Source: a virus. Taken from it: a stretch of DNA of 64,000 nt. The position numbers and the translations under genes are program-made. Of this stretch, positions 63,472-64,000 are shown in pieces. The notes below the pieces were generated by a model. That model worked only from the letters and a program-made list of their open reading frames with translations, did no database searches and was not told where the DNA came from. How positions within the stretch are numbered: the stretch's first letter is position 1; each line of letters starts with the position of its first letter. Location: IMG/VR virus record IMGVR_UViG_3300031521_000025, positions 1 to 64,000 of that record; one strand, 5' to 3'.

Positions 63472-64000
63472 AAAAGTCACATTACATGATAAAAATTTTG
63501 TCTTATTTAAGACACAAGATCAAATAAACAATACAATAAAGAAAATTGCAACAAGTATAAACAGTATGAACCCTATTAATTCAGTGTTTATCCCTGTTTT
63601 AAACGGTTCTTTTATGTTTACAAGTGATTTGTGTAAAGAACTAAAAATACTTCCGGAAATTCAATTTATTAAAGTCAAATCTTATGAAGATTTTGAATCA
63701 TCTGGCAAGGTTACTGAATTAATAGGCTTAAAAGATTCTTTAGAAGGAAAAACTGTTTTTATTATTGAAGATATAGTTGATACTGGTATAACAATATCAA
63801 ATCTTTATAATAAAATTAAACTTATGAATCCTAAAGAAATTTATGTAGTTACTTTATTGTTTAAACCAGATAAATATAATGGAGGTCTTGATATAAACAT
63901 TTTATATGGTTTTTCAATTGCAAATGATTTTGTGGTTGGTTATGGAATGGATTATAATGAACTCGGTAGAAATCTTAAAGAAATTTATGTTTTAAAAGAA
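63464..64000 (+). CDS. hpt: Hypoxanthine phosphoribosyltransferase (runs off the window end)
   Basis: Manual translation: VLNGSFMFTSDL, IIEDIVDTG PRPP loop, FVVGYGMDYNELGRNL; missing from the ORF track because no stop is in the window. Confidence 0.92.
   Translation, partial: MNKKVTLHDKNFVLFKTQDQINNTIKKIATSINSMNPINSVFIPVLNGSFMFTSDLCKELKILPEIQFIKVKSYEDFESSGKVTELIGLKDSLEGKTVFIIEDIVDTGITISNLYNKIKLMNPKEIYVVTLLFKPDKYNGGLDINILYGFSIANDFVVGYGMDYNELGRNLKEIYVLKE

Noticed and set aside
1-64000. Stop-codon reassignment
   Set aside because: Long genes are uninterrupted in the standard code, and TAA, TAG and TGA all end genes at plausible positions.

Overview
Very AT-rich, gene-dense 64-kb segment of a large (jumbo-type) contractile-tailed dsDNA phage, probably infecting Bacteroidota. 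The host call rests on A-rich start contexts without Shine-Dalgarno motifs and a Bacteroidota-like HPRT. The standard genetic code fits. The window encodes packaging and morphogenesis genes: terminase, gp5/gp25/gp6-like baseplate proteins, gp2-like end protector, an ~18-kb tail fibre/LamG region, tape measure and tail chaperone. It also has a gp55-like late sigma factor, SNF2 helicase, family A polymerase-like protein, metabolic genes (folE2, hpt, Nudix, amidohydrolase), candidate anti-defence enzymes (Acb1/gp57B-like 2H phosphoesterase, macrodomain) and five tRNAs. Most notable: (1) a 21-codon leader peptide rich in Leu/Glu/Gln codons, with mutually exclusive antiterminator/terminator hairpins, directly upstream of a Leu/Glu/Gln tRNA cluster, i.e. 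an apparent ribosome-sensing attenuator for phage tRNAs; (2) a terminase split at Walker B by an atypical Ser1 split intein whose halves are separated by two unrelated genes, plus a second cis intein 29 residues later; (3) an 18-aa motif shared by 8 otherwise mostly unrelated proteins, a candidate capsid-targeting/prohead-protease signal; (4) a tRNA with a Leu-like long-arm body and a UUC anticodon; (5) an unannotated +1/-2 frameshift extension of the tail chaperone; (6) a class 3 intein starting with Arg. All family assignments come from motif recognition by eye; no database searches were run.
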